The notes under the pieces were generated by a model. The model searched no databases. It was given only the letters and a program-made list of their open reading frames with translations, and had not been told where the DNA came from. Source: Candidatus Methylomirabilia bacterium (GTDB lineage Bacteria; Methylomirabilota; Methylomirabilia; Rokubacteriales; CSP1-6). Taken from it: DNA of 64,000 bases. The DNA lies in contig JBGQEL010000012.1 of NCBI GenBank assembly GCA_041496385.1, positions 1-64,000 of the forward strand, written 5' to 3'. Of the stretch, positions 9,900 through 18,692 are shown piece by piece. Every line of letters starts with the position of its first letter. The first letter of the stretch is position 1. The position numbers were made by a program, and so were the translations under genes.

Positions 9900-11576
9900 T
9901 CAGAAGGCGTCGGGCGCCTGCGCGATCGCGCCGAGGTCGGCGCGCGTGTAGGAGCCGAGGCTCCGGAAGTTCAGCTCCGTGTAGTTCTTGACCCAGCGCA
10001 TCCCGATCTTGACCGCCTGCCGGTAGCGCGCCTCGACGTCGGCCTGCTTCGGGCGCCGGGTGAGGATATCCGCCAGCTCGTCCTGGAGGAGCCGCCTGAC
10101 CAGGGCGAAGTCGTGCGGCTGGCCGGTCGTCGAGTCCTTTGCCTTGTGCAGGATGCGCTGGGCGATCTGGGCGACCGACATCCGGCCCGTCGCGAGGTCT
10201 TCCATGAGTGCCGGATGCACGCCGGGCTTGCCCTCGAGGCTGTCGATGCCCTTGGCCCCGCGGCCGTTGAGCCAGCCCTCGACGTACTCGATGAGCATGC
10301 GGGCGTTGCGCCGCGTGCCCTCGATCGTGATCGGGCCCTCGGGCACCTCGATCTTCACGGGGTAGCTCTCGGGCTTCGCCATGCCCGCCGTCGGCTTCCA
10401 CCCGGACGCGAGCTGCCGCCTGAACGGATCCGCCGCCGTCTTCATGTGGAAGATGTGGGCGACCCAGGCGCGGATGAAGCCCTGCGCCGCCTCCCATTCC
10501 TTGTCCTTCCGGATCGCGTCGCCTGCCGCCCGGTTGACCTCGGGATCGTTCGACGGGAGCGCCGTGGCCATCCCGCCGATCGGGACCGCGCCGCGCTTGA
10601 GGCAGATCGCCACGAGCCGGCGGAAGATGTTCGCCAGGAACGGCGTCGTCTTGACGTCCACGCCGAAGCGATCGGGCCAGACCTGCGCCGGGTCGGTCAT
10701 GATGAACTCGAAGACCGAGGCCTTCAGATCCCAGCGCGCGGCGTTGAGGCCGGCGGCGTAGGGGCCGAGCTCGTGGAGCATCTCCTCCATCTGGTAGACG
10801 CACGGCAGCGACTCCACCAGCACGACCGCGCGCAGCGTGGCGTTCGCGAGGTCGGGCAGGTGACGGCGCGAGAGGTCGAAGAGGTCGCGATACCAGCGCG
10901 CCTCCGGCGCCAGCTCGAGCTTCGGCAGGTAGAAGTAGATCCCCTGACCGCGTCCGGCCTGCGCGCGGCCCGCGTAGAAGAGGGTCAGCGCGGTGCCGAG
11001 GATCGCGGCGTTGACGGGCGCGCGGTCGATCGTCACGTCCGGCTCGTCGAGGTGCAGGCCGCGCTCGCGGTGCATGAAGAACGGCAGCTCGCCGGGCGCG
11101 ATCCGGTAGCGCCGGCCGCGCTCCGCGTCGTCGAACGCGAGCTCGCCGTTCACCGCCGCGAGCCGGTTGTGGGCCGCGCGGACCGTGTCGACGAGCCGGT
11201 GGCCGCCCGAGTCCTCGTCGTCGTCCAGGTCGCCCTCGGCGCGCTCGCCCTCGGGCCCGGGGTTGAGCGCGTTGATGAACATCGAGGTGATCGAGCAGGG
11301 ACCCGAGATCTCGATGCCCGGCCGCTGCAGGTCCGCGGGCACGGCCGGCACGGTCCAGGTACCGGTCGTCGCCTCGCTCGCGGCGAGGTGGGCGGGCGGC
11401 GCGCGCCGATCGAGCGCGGCGCGCAGGACCTCGGCGCGGCGGGCGCGGAGCTCGAGCGCGCGCGCGGCGAGCGCGTCGTGCAGGCGCGCGAGATAGTCGC
11501 AGAACGCGCCGGTGAAGAGCTCGGCCGCGCCCTCCACCGGGGCGAAGGTCACGCGGGTCGTCGCGGGGGTTGGCAT
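9900..11576 (-). CDS. aceB: Malate synthase (divergent, MSA-like)
   Basis: EISGP, RERGLHLDE, YFYLPKLE, RWD, IGGMA, DKEWEA, WVAH, LMEDLAT. Confidence 0.8.
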   Translation of the reverse strand: MPTPATTRVTFAPVEGAAELFTGAFCDYLARLHDALAARALELRARRAEVLRAALDRRAPPAHLAASEATTGTWTVPAVPADLQRPGIEISGPCSITSMFINALNPGPEGERAEGDLDDDEDSGGHRLVDTVRAAHNRLAAVNGELAFDDAERGRRYRIAPGELPFFMHRERGLHLDEPDVTIDRAPVNAAILGTALTLFYAGRAQAGRGQGIYFYLPKLELAPEARWYRDLFDLSRRHLPDLANATLRAVVLVESLPCVYQMEEMLHELGPYAAGLNAARWDLKASVFEFIMTDPAQVWPDRFGVDVKTTPFLANIFRRLVAICLKRGAVPIGGMATALPSNDPEVNRAAGDAIRKDKEWEAAQGFIRAWVAHIFHMKTAADPFRRQLASGWKPTAGMAKPESYPVKIEVPEGPITIEGTRRNARMLIEYVEGWLNGRGAKGIDSLEGKPGVHPALMEDLATGRMSVAQIAQRILHKAKDSTTGQPHDFALVRRLLQDELADILTRRPKQADVEARYRQAVKIGMRWVKNYTELNFRSLGSYTRADLGAIAQAPDAF

Positions 11577-11757
11577 GAACGATTTCTTTTCGCATGGCGA
11601 CGGAGACGCTGTCAATGGCAGAATGGGCCGCGTTGAAGGCGACCATCCACATGAAGGCGCTGCGCGCCGAGTACGACGCCCACTTCGGCGACACGAGCCA
11701 GCGCGCGCGCTTCGCCTACACGCAGGTCTGGCCATAGCGGGGCGCCGCTTCCGCGGC

Positions 11758-12144
11758 ATGGGCAAGGGCCGCAAGGTCCGGCGCACGCTCGAGCGCGGCG
11801 GCAGCGGCCCCTCCCAGCGCCTCAACGAGGTCCTGGGCGGCTGGGACGGCGTGCGTATCACGCCCATGTTCGGGCGCTGGGGCTACTTCGTGGGCGACAT
11901 GCTGTTCGCCTGCTTTCCGCTCCGCGAGAAGGAGCGCGATCTCTGGATCCGCCTCGACGCCGGCGATCAGCGCCGGGCGCTCGCCGACCCCAGGATCCGG
12001 CCCCACCGGCGCTTCGCGCGGCGCGGCTGGATCGAGCTCGACGTGATCGAGCCTGAGGACGTCGCCCGCGCGCTCCGGTGGCTCCGGCGCGCCCTCCACG
12101 CCACGCCGGCGCCGCCGCCCGGCGACGACACAGAGGAGGCCTGA
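11758..12144 (+). CDS. TfoX-N/luciferase-like small protein
   Basis: PMFGRWGYFVGDMLFA, GWIELDV...ALRWLRRA. Confidence 0.55.
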   Translation: MGKGRKVRRTLERGGSGPSQRLNEVLGGWDGVRITPMFGRWGYFVGDMLFACFPLREKERDLWIRLDAGDQRRALADPRIRPHRRFARRGWIELDVIEPEDVARALRWLRRALHATPAPPPGDDTEEA

Positions 12145-12147
12145 CGG

Positions 12148-13404
12148 ATGGGCGAGATCCTCGAGCTGGCCGAGGGCTTCTGGTCCGGACGGGTCCCGCC
12201 GAGCGAGTTCTGGAAGCCGACGGGCAAGACGGAGGAAATCGCGCCGGACGTCGTCTTTCTCCACGCGTTCGCCAACGTCACGGTCATCCGCACCGGCGCG
12301 GGCCTCGTCCTGATCGACACGAGCAACTACGCCGCGCGCGAGCGCACGTTCGCCGCCGTGCGCGCGATCGACCCCGGGCCCGTCTTCGCCGCGATCTACA
12401 CCCACGGCCACGCCGACCACGCCCTCGGCATGCCGCCCTTCCTCGCCGAGGCGCGGGACAAGGGCTGGCCCCGGCCGAAGATCGTGGGCCACCGCAACGT
12501 CGCCGCGCGCTTCGACCGCTACCGGCGCACGCGGGCCTGGAACGCCCAGATCAACGCGCGGCAGTTCTCGATTCCGGCCTCGTGGCCGGCCGACTACGAC
12601 GACCCGGACACGGTCTACGACAAGGCGCTTCGCTTGGTGGCGGGCGACGCGGTCCTGGGCCTCCGGCACGCGCGCGGCGAGACCGACGACCACACGTGGA
12701 TCTGGTGGGCCGAGCGCCGCATCCTCTGGACGGGCGACCAGTTCATCTGGGTCGCGCCGAACGCCGGCAACCCTCAAAAGGTCCAGCGGTACGCGGCCGA
12801 CTGGGCGGCCTCGCTGCGCGCGATGAGCGCGCTCGAGCCGGAGCTGCTGATCTCGGGACACGGCGTCCCCATCGTGGGGCGTGCCCGGGTGCGCGTGGCG
12901 CTCGACGAGACGGCCGAGTGGCTCGAGCACCTGGTGGCCGAGACGCTGGCGCGGATGAACGCGGGCGCGACGCTCCCGCAGATCCTGGAGGAGGTGAAGC
13001 CGCCGGGGCACCTCGCCGATCGTCCGTACCTGCAGCCGGTGTACGACGAGCCCGACTTCGTCGTCCGCAACGTCTGGCGCCTCTACGGCGGCTGGTGGGA
13101 CGGGATTCCCTCCCACCTCAAGCCCGCGCCCGAGGCCGAGCTCGGCCGCGAGGTCGCGGCGCTCGCCGGCAGCGTCGCGGCGCTCGTTCTGCGGGCGCAG
13201 GCACTCGCGGACGCGGGCCGCCTCGCGCTCGCGAGCCACCTGATCGACTGGGCGGTGGCGGCCGAGCCCGAGGACCGGCAGGCGCACGCCGCGCGCGCCG
13301 AGATCTACGGGGCCCGCGCGAAGGCGGCCGGGGCGCTCATGACGCGCGGGATCTTCGGCGCCGCCGCGCGCGAGTCGGCGGCGCGCGCCGGCGGCGGCCC
13401 CTAG
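12148..13404 (+). CDS. Alkyl/aryl sulfatase-like metallo-beta-lactamase-fold hydrolase with dimerisation domain
   Basis: THGHADH, GETDDH, PNAGNPQKVQRY, GHG, YGGWWDG. Confidence 0.85.
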   Translation: MGEILELAEGFWSGRVPPSEFWKPTGKTEEIAPDVVFLHAFANVTVIRTGAGLVLIDTSNYAARERTFAAVRAIDPGPVFAAIYTHGHADHALGMPPFLAEARDKGWPRPKIVGHRNVAARFDRYRRTRAWNAQINARQFSIPASWPADYDDPDTVYDKALRLVAGDAVLGLRHARGETDDHTWIWWAERRILWTGDQFIWVAPNAGNPQKVQRYAADWAASLRAMSALEPELLISGHGVPIVGRARVRVALDETAEWLEHLVAETLARMNAGATLPQILEEVKPPGHLADRPYLQPVYDEPDFVVRNVWRLYGGWWDGIPSHLKPAPEAELGREVAALAGSVAALVLRAQALADAGRLALASHLIDWAVAAEPEDRQAHAARAEIYGARAKAAGALMTRGIFGAAARESAARAGGGP

Positions 13405-13614
13405 CCCGGATCAATCACGAACGACCACACCCACGTCGGACGGGTGGCGCCGCGGGCTGTGCCCGGGCAGCCGGCGAAGTGGGACCCCCGAGTCCCGTCC
13501 GCAGCTCGAAGAGCTGCGATCGAGCGAGTGGGTGACGGAGCCGGGGCGCGGGCACAGCCCGCGGCGACAGGACCCGTCCGCCTCGCGTGTAGTCGTTCGT
13601 GAATACCCGGGTTA
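13402..13614. mobile_element. ~210-bp palindromic MITE-like element between convergent genes
   Basis: Nested inverted repeats 13415-13425/13592-13602 and a perfect 18-bp pair 13448-13465/13549-13566; internal hairpins; TA at both ends. Confidence 0.45.
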
Positions 13615-14946
13615 GGCGGATGCCGCGGCGTCGGCCGCCGCGCGCGCCCGGGCCTCCTCGCGCGCGCGGGCCTCGATCCGGTCGATCCGCACCAGGGGCA
13701 CGAGCAGCCAGGCCGCCGCGGTGACGGCCGCGGAGACGAGCACGAGCGGCGTGTAGCCGAGCGCGTCGTAGAGGCGCGCGCCGACGTTCTGCGAGAGCTG
13801 GGCCCCGCCGTTGTAGACCGACATGAGCAGCGCGAAGAAGGTCGCCTCCACCCGCCGCGGACACGACTTGGCCGCAAGGTCGAGGAGCGCCAGCTGGGTG
13901 ATCATCCCGACGCACCCGAACGTGACGTCGATGACGAGCGCGGACGCGGCGCCGCGGTAGAGGAGGTAGCCGAGCGTTGCGACGACACCGGCGGCGATGG
14001 AGGCGTTGATCAGCAGCTTGAGCGGCAGGCGCCGCGACAGCGGGGCGTAGATCGCCGCGCCGATCACGCCGGCGATCGCCGCGAGCGACGCGAGCAGGCC
14101 GATGAACTGCTGGCTGAACCCGAGCGCGTCCGTCTGGTAGTAGAGGAACGCCGGACCGAAGGACGGGCTGAACGTCCAGAAGAGGACGAACCCCGCGACC
14201 ACCCACATGTCCCGGTGCGCGAGCGCCTCCCGGATCGCCTGCCACGTCGCGCGGATCGCGGCGGCGTCGAACCGGGCGCGCGGCTCGCGCACGAAGAAGA
14301 CCCCCATGAGCAGCGAGACGACGGGGAACGTCGCCGCGATGAGGAAGGCGGGCCGCAGGCTCCGGCTCTCCGCCAGGTAACCGCCCAGCGCGCCCACGAT
14401 CACCGAGGCGACCGTGATGCAGGCCCACTGGACCGACTGGAACGCGCCGGTGAGGCCGCGCGGCCGGCCGTTCTCGACCATCAACGCGTCGGTGAGCACG
14501 TCGGTGAAGGCCAGCCCGAGCGCCATGAGCGTGAACAGGCCCACGCCGGCGACGAGGGTGAAGCTCACGGCGCCGACGAGCGGCAGCGCGACGCTGAAGC
14601 TCTCGACGGGGCCCTCCGCGATCAGCGCGCCCGAGGCGAGGACGAGGCTCGCCACCGCGGCGAGTCCCGAGGTCACGACGAAATAGCTCTGGCGCCGGCG
14701 CCCGAAGAGCGGCACGAAATCAGAGAGGAGCCCGTAGACGGGCTTGATGAGCCAGGGGATCGTGCTGATGAGGAAGAAGTCGGCGACCTGGCCCGCGCTG
14801 AGGCCGCGGTCCTTGAGGATGATCGTGATCGTCTGGTTGGGCAGATACCACATGCCCTGCGCGAAGTAGACGACGCCGAAGAGGAGGGCGAGTCGCTGCG
14901 TCTCGGGGGTCTTGAACGGGTTGAGCCGCCGGACCCACTCGGGCAT
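13612..14946 (-). CDS. MFS transporter, folate-biopterin (BT1) type
   Basis: IPWLIKPVYGLLSDFVPLFGRRR, DVLTDALMVE, CPRRVEATFFALLMS. Alternative ATG at 14958. Confidence 0.8.
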   Translation of the reverse strand: MPEWVRRLNPFKTPETQRLALLFGVVYFAQGMWYLPNQTITIILKDRGLSAGQVADFFLISTIPWLIKPVYGLLSDFVPLFGRRRQSYFVVTSGLAAVASLVLASGALIAEGPVESFSVALPLVGAVSFTLVAGVGLFTLMALGLAFTDVLTDALMVENGRPRGLTGAFQSVQWACITVASVIVGALGGYLAESRSLRPAFLIAATFPVVSLLMGVFFVREPRARFDAAAIRATWQAIREALAHRDMWVVAGFVLFWTFSPSFGPAFLYYQTDALGFSQQFIGLLASLAAIAGVIGAAIYAPLSRRLPLKLLINASIAAGVVATLGYLLYRGAASALVIDVTFGCVGMITQLALLDLAAKSCPRRVEATFFALLMSVYNGGAQLSQNVGARLYDALGYTPLVLVSAAVTAAAWLLVPLVRIDRIEARAREEARARAAADAAASA

Positions 14947-14977
14947 GCCGGCGGCCATGATACCCTGATCTCCGGTC

Positions 14978-17020
14978 ATGCCGTCCTCGGTTTGTCCGCA
15001 CGACTGCCCCTCGGCCTGCCGCCTCGTCGTCGAGGTCGAGAACGGGCGCATCACCTCCGTCACGGGCGATCCCGCGCATCCGTTCACGCAGGGCGTGATC
15101 TGCGGCAAGGTGCGCGAGTACGCCGAGCGCGTCCACTCGCCGCTCCGCGTCGCGACGCCGCTGCGGCGCGTCGGCCCCAAGGGGCGCGGCGAGTTCGCCC
15201 GCATCTCCTGGGACGAGGCGATCGGGGAGATCGCCGCGCGCTGGCGGACGATCATCCGCGAGCACGGCGCCGAGGCGATCCTGCCCTTCTCCTACGCGGG
15301 CTCGATGGGGCAGGTGCAGTACCACGCGGGCCACCCGCTCTTTCACGCCCTCGGCGCCTCGCGCCTCGACCGCTCCATCTGCGTCTCGACGGCGTACGCG
15401 GGATGGCGGGCGACGCTCGGCGTGGTCACCGGGAACGACTCCGAGCAGATGGTCGGCGCCGATCTCGTCGTGCTCTGGGGCGTGAACGCCGCCTACTCGA
15501 CCATCAACGTCATGACGCTCGTGAAGCAGGCGCGCGCCCGGGGCGCGCGCGTCGTGGTGATCGATCCCTACCGCACGCCGACGGCGCAGCAGGCCGACGA
15601 GCACCTGATGGTCCGCCCCGGCACCGACGCCGCGCTCGCGCTCGGCGTCATGCACGTGCTCGTGACGGAGGGCCTCGTCGACCGCGGCTACGTCGAGCGC
15701 GCGACGCTCGGCTTCGACCGGCTCGCCGAGCACGTCAAGGCGTACCCGCCCGAGCGGGTCGCCGCGATCGTGGGGCTCCCCGCCGAGACCGTCGTCGGGT
15801 TCGCCCGGCGCTACGGCGCCTCGCCGCGGACGTTCATCCGCGTCGGCATCGGCGTCTCGCGCCACGACAACGGCGGGATGACCTGCCGGACGCTGGCGTG
15901 CCTGCCGGCGCTCACGGGCGCCTGGGCGGACCCCCACGGCGGCGCGCTCCTGTCCTCGGGCGGCGCCTTCGGCTTCGACTACGGCGTCCTCGAGCGCCCC
16001 GACCTGATGCCGGGCCCGGCGCCGCGGGTGATCAACATGATCCACCTCGGGCGCGCGCTCACCGACCCGGCGCTGACGCCCCCGGTGAAGGCGCTCTACG
16101 TCTACAGCTCGAACCCCGCGGCCGTGTGCCCGAACCAGAGCCGCGTCCTCGAGGGGCTCGCGCGCGAGGACCTGTTCACCGTCGTCCACGAGCAGGTCCT
16201 GACCGACACGGCGTTCTACGCCGACGTCGTCCTGCCGGCCACGACGTCCATGGAGCACGAGGACCTCTACCGCTCCTTCGGCCAGTTCACGCTCCAGCTC
16301 GCGCGGCCGGTCCTGCCGCCGCAGGGCGAGGCGCGGTCGAACTGGGAGACGTGCGGCGCGCTCGCCCGGGCGATGGGGGTCGCGCAGGAGCACTACGCGA
16401 AGGACGCCCCCGGGCTCATCCGCGAGTTTCTCGCGCGCGGCGACGCCGCCGTGCGCGCCGTCACCTACGAGCGGCTCCTGCGCGAGGGCTGGGCGCGCCT
16501 CGACCTGCCGCGCCCGTACCTGCCGTTCGCCGACGGGGCGCCGACGCCGTCGGGCAAGGTGGAGCTCTACTCCGAGACACTGGCGAGCCGCGGGCTCCCC
16601 CCGCTGCCGACGTACGTGCCGCTCACGGAGGGGCCGGCGAGCCCCGAGCGGCTCGCGCGCTATCCGCTGCAGTGCATCGTGCCGCCGAACCGCTTCTTCC
16701 TGAATTCGTCGTTCAGCCAGTCGGAGCGGCTGCGCCGGCGGCAGAAGGCGCCGACGGTGATGCTCGCGGCCGAGGACGCCGCGTCGCGCGGTATCCGCGC
16801 CGGCGACGCCGTCCGCGTGGAGAGCGCGCGGGGCGCCGCGCGCTTCACGGCGGAGGTGACCGACGCGACGCGCCCCGGCGTCGTCGTGGTCGAGGGGATC
16901 TGGTGGCATCGCTTCCACCCGGGCGGGCGCGGCGTCAACGTCCTCACCGACGACCGGGTGACGGACATGGGCGGCGGTCCCGCGTTCCATTCCAACCTCG
17001 TCGAGGTCGCGCGTGTCTAG
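14978..17020 (+). CDS. Molybdopterin oxidoreductase (DMSO reductase superfamily, uncharacterised clade), no signal peptide
   Basis: CPHDCPSAC...C Fe-S motif, ISWDEA, SICVSTA, DVVLPAT, C-terminal MGD-binding domain. Confidence 0.85.
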   Translation: MPSSVCPHDCPSACRLVVEVENGRITSVTGDPAHPFTQGVICGKVREYAERVHSPLRVATPLRRVGPKGRGEFARISWDEAIGEIAARWRTIIREHGAEAILPFSYAGSMGQVQYHAGHPLFHALGASRLDRSICVSTAYAGWRATLGVVTGNDSEQMVGADLVVLWGVNAAYSTINVMTLVKQARARGARVVVIDPYRTPTAQQADEHLMVRPGTDAALALGVMHVLVTEGLVDRGYVERATLGFDRLAEHVKAYPPERVAAIVGLPAETVVGFARRYGASPRTFIRVGIGVSRHDNGGMTCRTLACLPALTGAWADPHGGALLSSGGAFGFDYGVLERPDLMPGPAPRVINMIHLGRALTDPALTPPVKALYVYSSNPAAVCPNQSRVLEGLAREDLFTVVHEQVLTDTAFYADVVLPATTSMEHEDLYRSFGQFTLQLARPVLPPQGEARSNWETCGALARAMGVAQEHYAKDAPGLIREFLARGDAAVRAVTYERLLREGWARLDLPRPYLPFADGAPTPSGKVELYSETLASRGLPPLPTYVPLTEGPASPERLARYPLQCIVPPNRFFLNSSFSQSERLRRRQKAPTVMLAAEDAASRGIRAGDAVRVESARGAARFTAEVTDATRPGVVVVEGIWWHRFHPGGRGVNVLTDDRVTDMGGGPAFHSNLVEVARV

Positions 17021-18449
17021 CACGCCGGCGGCGGGCTACCTCAAGACGCTCTTCCTGCACCCGCCCTCGTACGAGGGCTTCGACGGCGGAGCCGGCTCGC
17101 GCTATCAGGCGCGCCGCGAGATCCGCTCCTTCTGGTACCCGACCTGGCTCGCGCAGCCCGCGGCCCTGGTGCCGGGCTCGCGCCTCGTGGACGCGCCGCC
17201 CGGCGGCCTCGGGCTCGAGGACGTGCTCCCGCTCGCGCGCGAGTACGAGCTCGCGGTGCTCCACACGAGCACGCCGTCCTTCGCCTACGACGTCAAGGTC
17301 GCCGAGGCGCTCCGCGGCGAGAACCCGAAGCTCCGGATCGGCTTCGTCGGCGCGCACGTGGCCGTGCACCCCGAGCAGGCGCTGGCCGCGTCCGACGCAA
17401 TCGAGTTCGTCGCGCGCAACGAGTTCGACTTCACGATCCAGGAGGTCGCCCAGGGCCGGCCGCTCGCCGAGGTCGCCGGCCTCTCCTATCGCTGGGACGG
17501 CGCGATCCGCCACACGCCGGATCGCGCGATGCTCGAGAACATGGACGCGCTGCCGTTCGTCGTGGACGTCTACCGGCGCGATCTCACGATCGACCAGTAC
17601 TTCATCGGCTACCTCCTGCACCCGTACGTGTCGCTCTACACGGGCCGGGGGTGCCGCTCGAAGTGCACGTTCTGCCTCTGGCCGCAGACCGTCGGCGGCC
17701 ACCGCTACCGGACGCGCTCGGTCGAGCACGTGCTCGCGGAGATCGAGCGCGCCACGCGCTACTTCCCGCAGGTGCGCGAGTACTTCTTCGACGACGACAC
17801 CTTCACCGACGACCTCCCGCGCGCCGAGGCGATCGCGCGGGGCCTGGGGCGGCTCGGCGTCACGTGGTCGTGCAACGCCAAGGCGAACGTGCCGCGCGAG
17901 ACCCTGCGGGTGCTGCGGGACAACGGCCTCCGGCTCCTGCTCGTGGGGTACGAGTCGGGCGACCCGCGGATCCTGAACAACGTCAAGAAGGGGGTCCGTC
18001 TCGACGTCGCGCGGCGATTCACGCGCGACTGCCGCGACCTCGGCATCACGATCCACGGCACCTTCATCCTGGGCCTGCCCGGCGAGACGCGCGAGACGAT
18101 CGAGCGGACGATCCGCTTCGCCTGCGAGATCGACCCGCACACGGTCCAGGTGTCGATCGCGGCGCCCTATCCGGGGACGGCGATGTACCGCGAGGCGATG
18201 GACCACGGCTGGCTCAGCGGCGACGGGCTCGTGGACGGTCGCGGCCTCCAGCAGAGCGCGCTCAGCTACCCCGACCTGCCGAGTGCCCAGATCTTCGACG
18301 CGGTCGAGCGCTTCTACAAGCGCTTTTACTTCCGTCCCCGGAAGATCGGGGCGCTCACTTGGGAGATGCTGCGCGACCGCCGGATGCTCGCGCGGAGGCT
18401 TCGCGAGGGCGTCGAGTTCTTCCGCTTCCTGGCGCAGCGGTCGCGCTAG
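17013..18449 (+). CDS. hpnJ: Hopanoid-associated radical SAM protein HpnJ
   Basis: KTLFLHPPSYEGFDGGAGSRYQARREIRSFWYPTWLAQPAALV is the HpnJ N-terminus; CRSKCTFC. Confidence 0.92.
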   Translation: MSSTPAAGYLKTLFLHPPSYEGFDGGAGSRYQARREIRSFWYPTWLAQPAALVPGSRLVDAPPGGLGLEDVLPLAREYELAVLHTSTPSFAYDVKVAEALRGENPKLRIGFVGAHVAVHPEQALAASDAIEFVARNEFDFTIQEVAQGRPLAEVAGLSYRWDGAIRHTPDRAMLENMDALPFVVDVYRRDLTIDQYFIGYLLHPYVSLYTGRGCRSKCTFCLWPQTVGGHRYRTRSVEHVLAEIERATRYFPQVREYFFDDDTFTDDLPRAEAIARGLGRLGVTWSCNAKANVPRETLRVLRDNGLRLLLVGYESGDPRILNNVKKGVRLDVARRFTRDCRDLGITIHGTFILGLPGETRETIERTIRFACEIDPHTVQVSIAAPYPGTAMYREAMDHGWLSGDGLVDGRGLQQSALSYPDLPSAQIFDAVERFYKRFYFRPRKIGALTWEMLRDRRMLARRLREGVEFFRFLAQRSR

Positions 18450-18468
18450 CCTCGACGATCCTGCGCGT

Positions 18469-18685
18469 CGCGCCGGCGGGCGCGGGGCGGGAGGGGTCGT
18501 CGGACCACGCGGCTCGCGTTCGCTGCCCGGCTGTGACTGGGCTCCATCCGGGCGCGTGGGGCCCGTCGCCCGGGGCGGGAACGAGTCCGATCAACCCCTC
18601 CCGCCCCGCGCCCGCCGGCGCGGCAATCGGGGTCGTCGGACCACGCGGCTCGCGTCCGCTACCCGGCAGCGGCTGGACCACGCGG
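18469..18685. repeat. Composite inverted plus direct repeat between convergent genes
   Basis: Perfect 29-bp IR 18469-18497/18594-18622; 39-bp direct repeat 18493-18531/18629-18667 with 2 mismatches. Confidence 0.85.
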
Positions 18686-18692
18686 GTGGAGT

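Noticed and set aside
18469..18685. Repeats as a CRISPR array
   Set aside because: Only two long copies, irregular spacing, and no cas genes.
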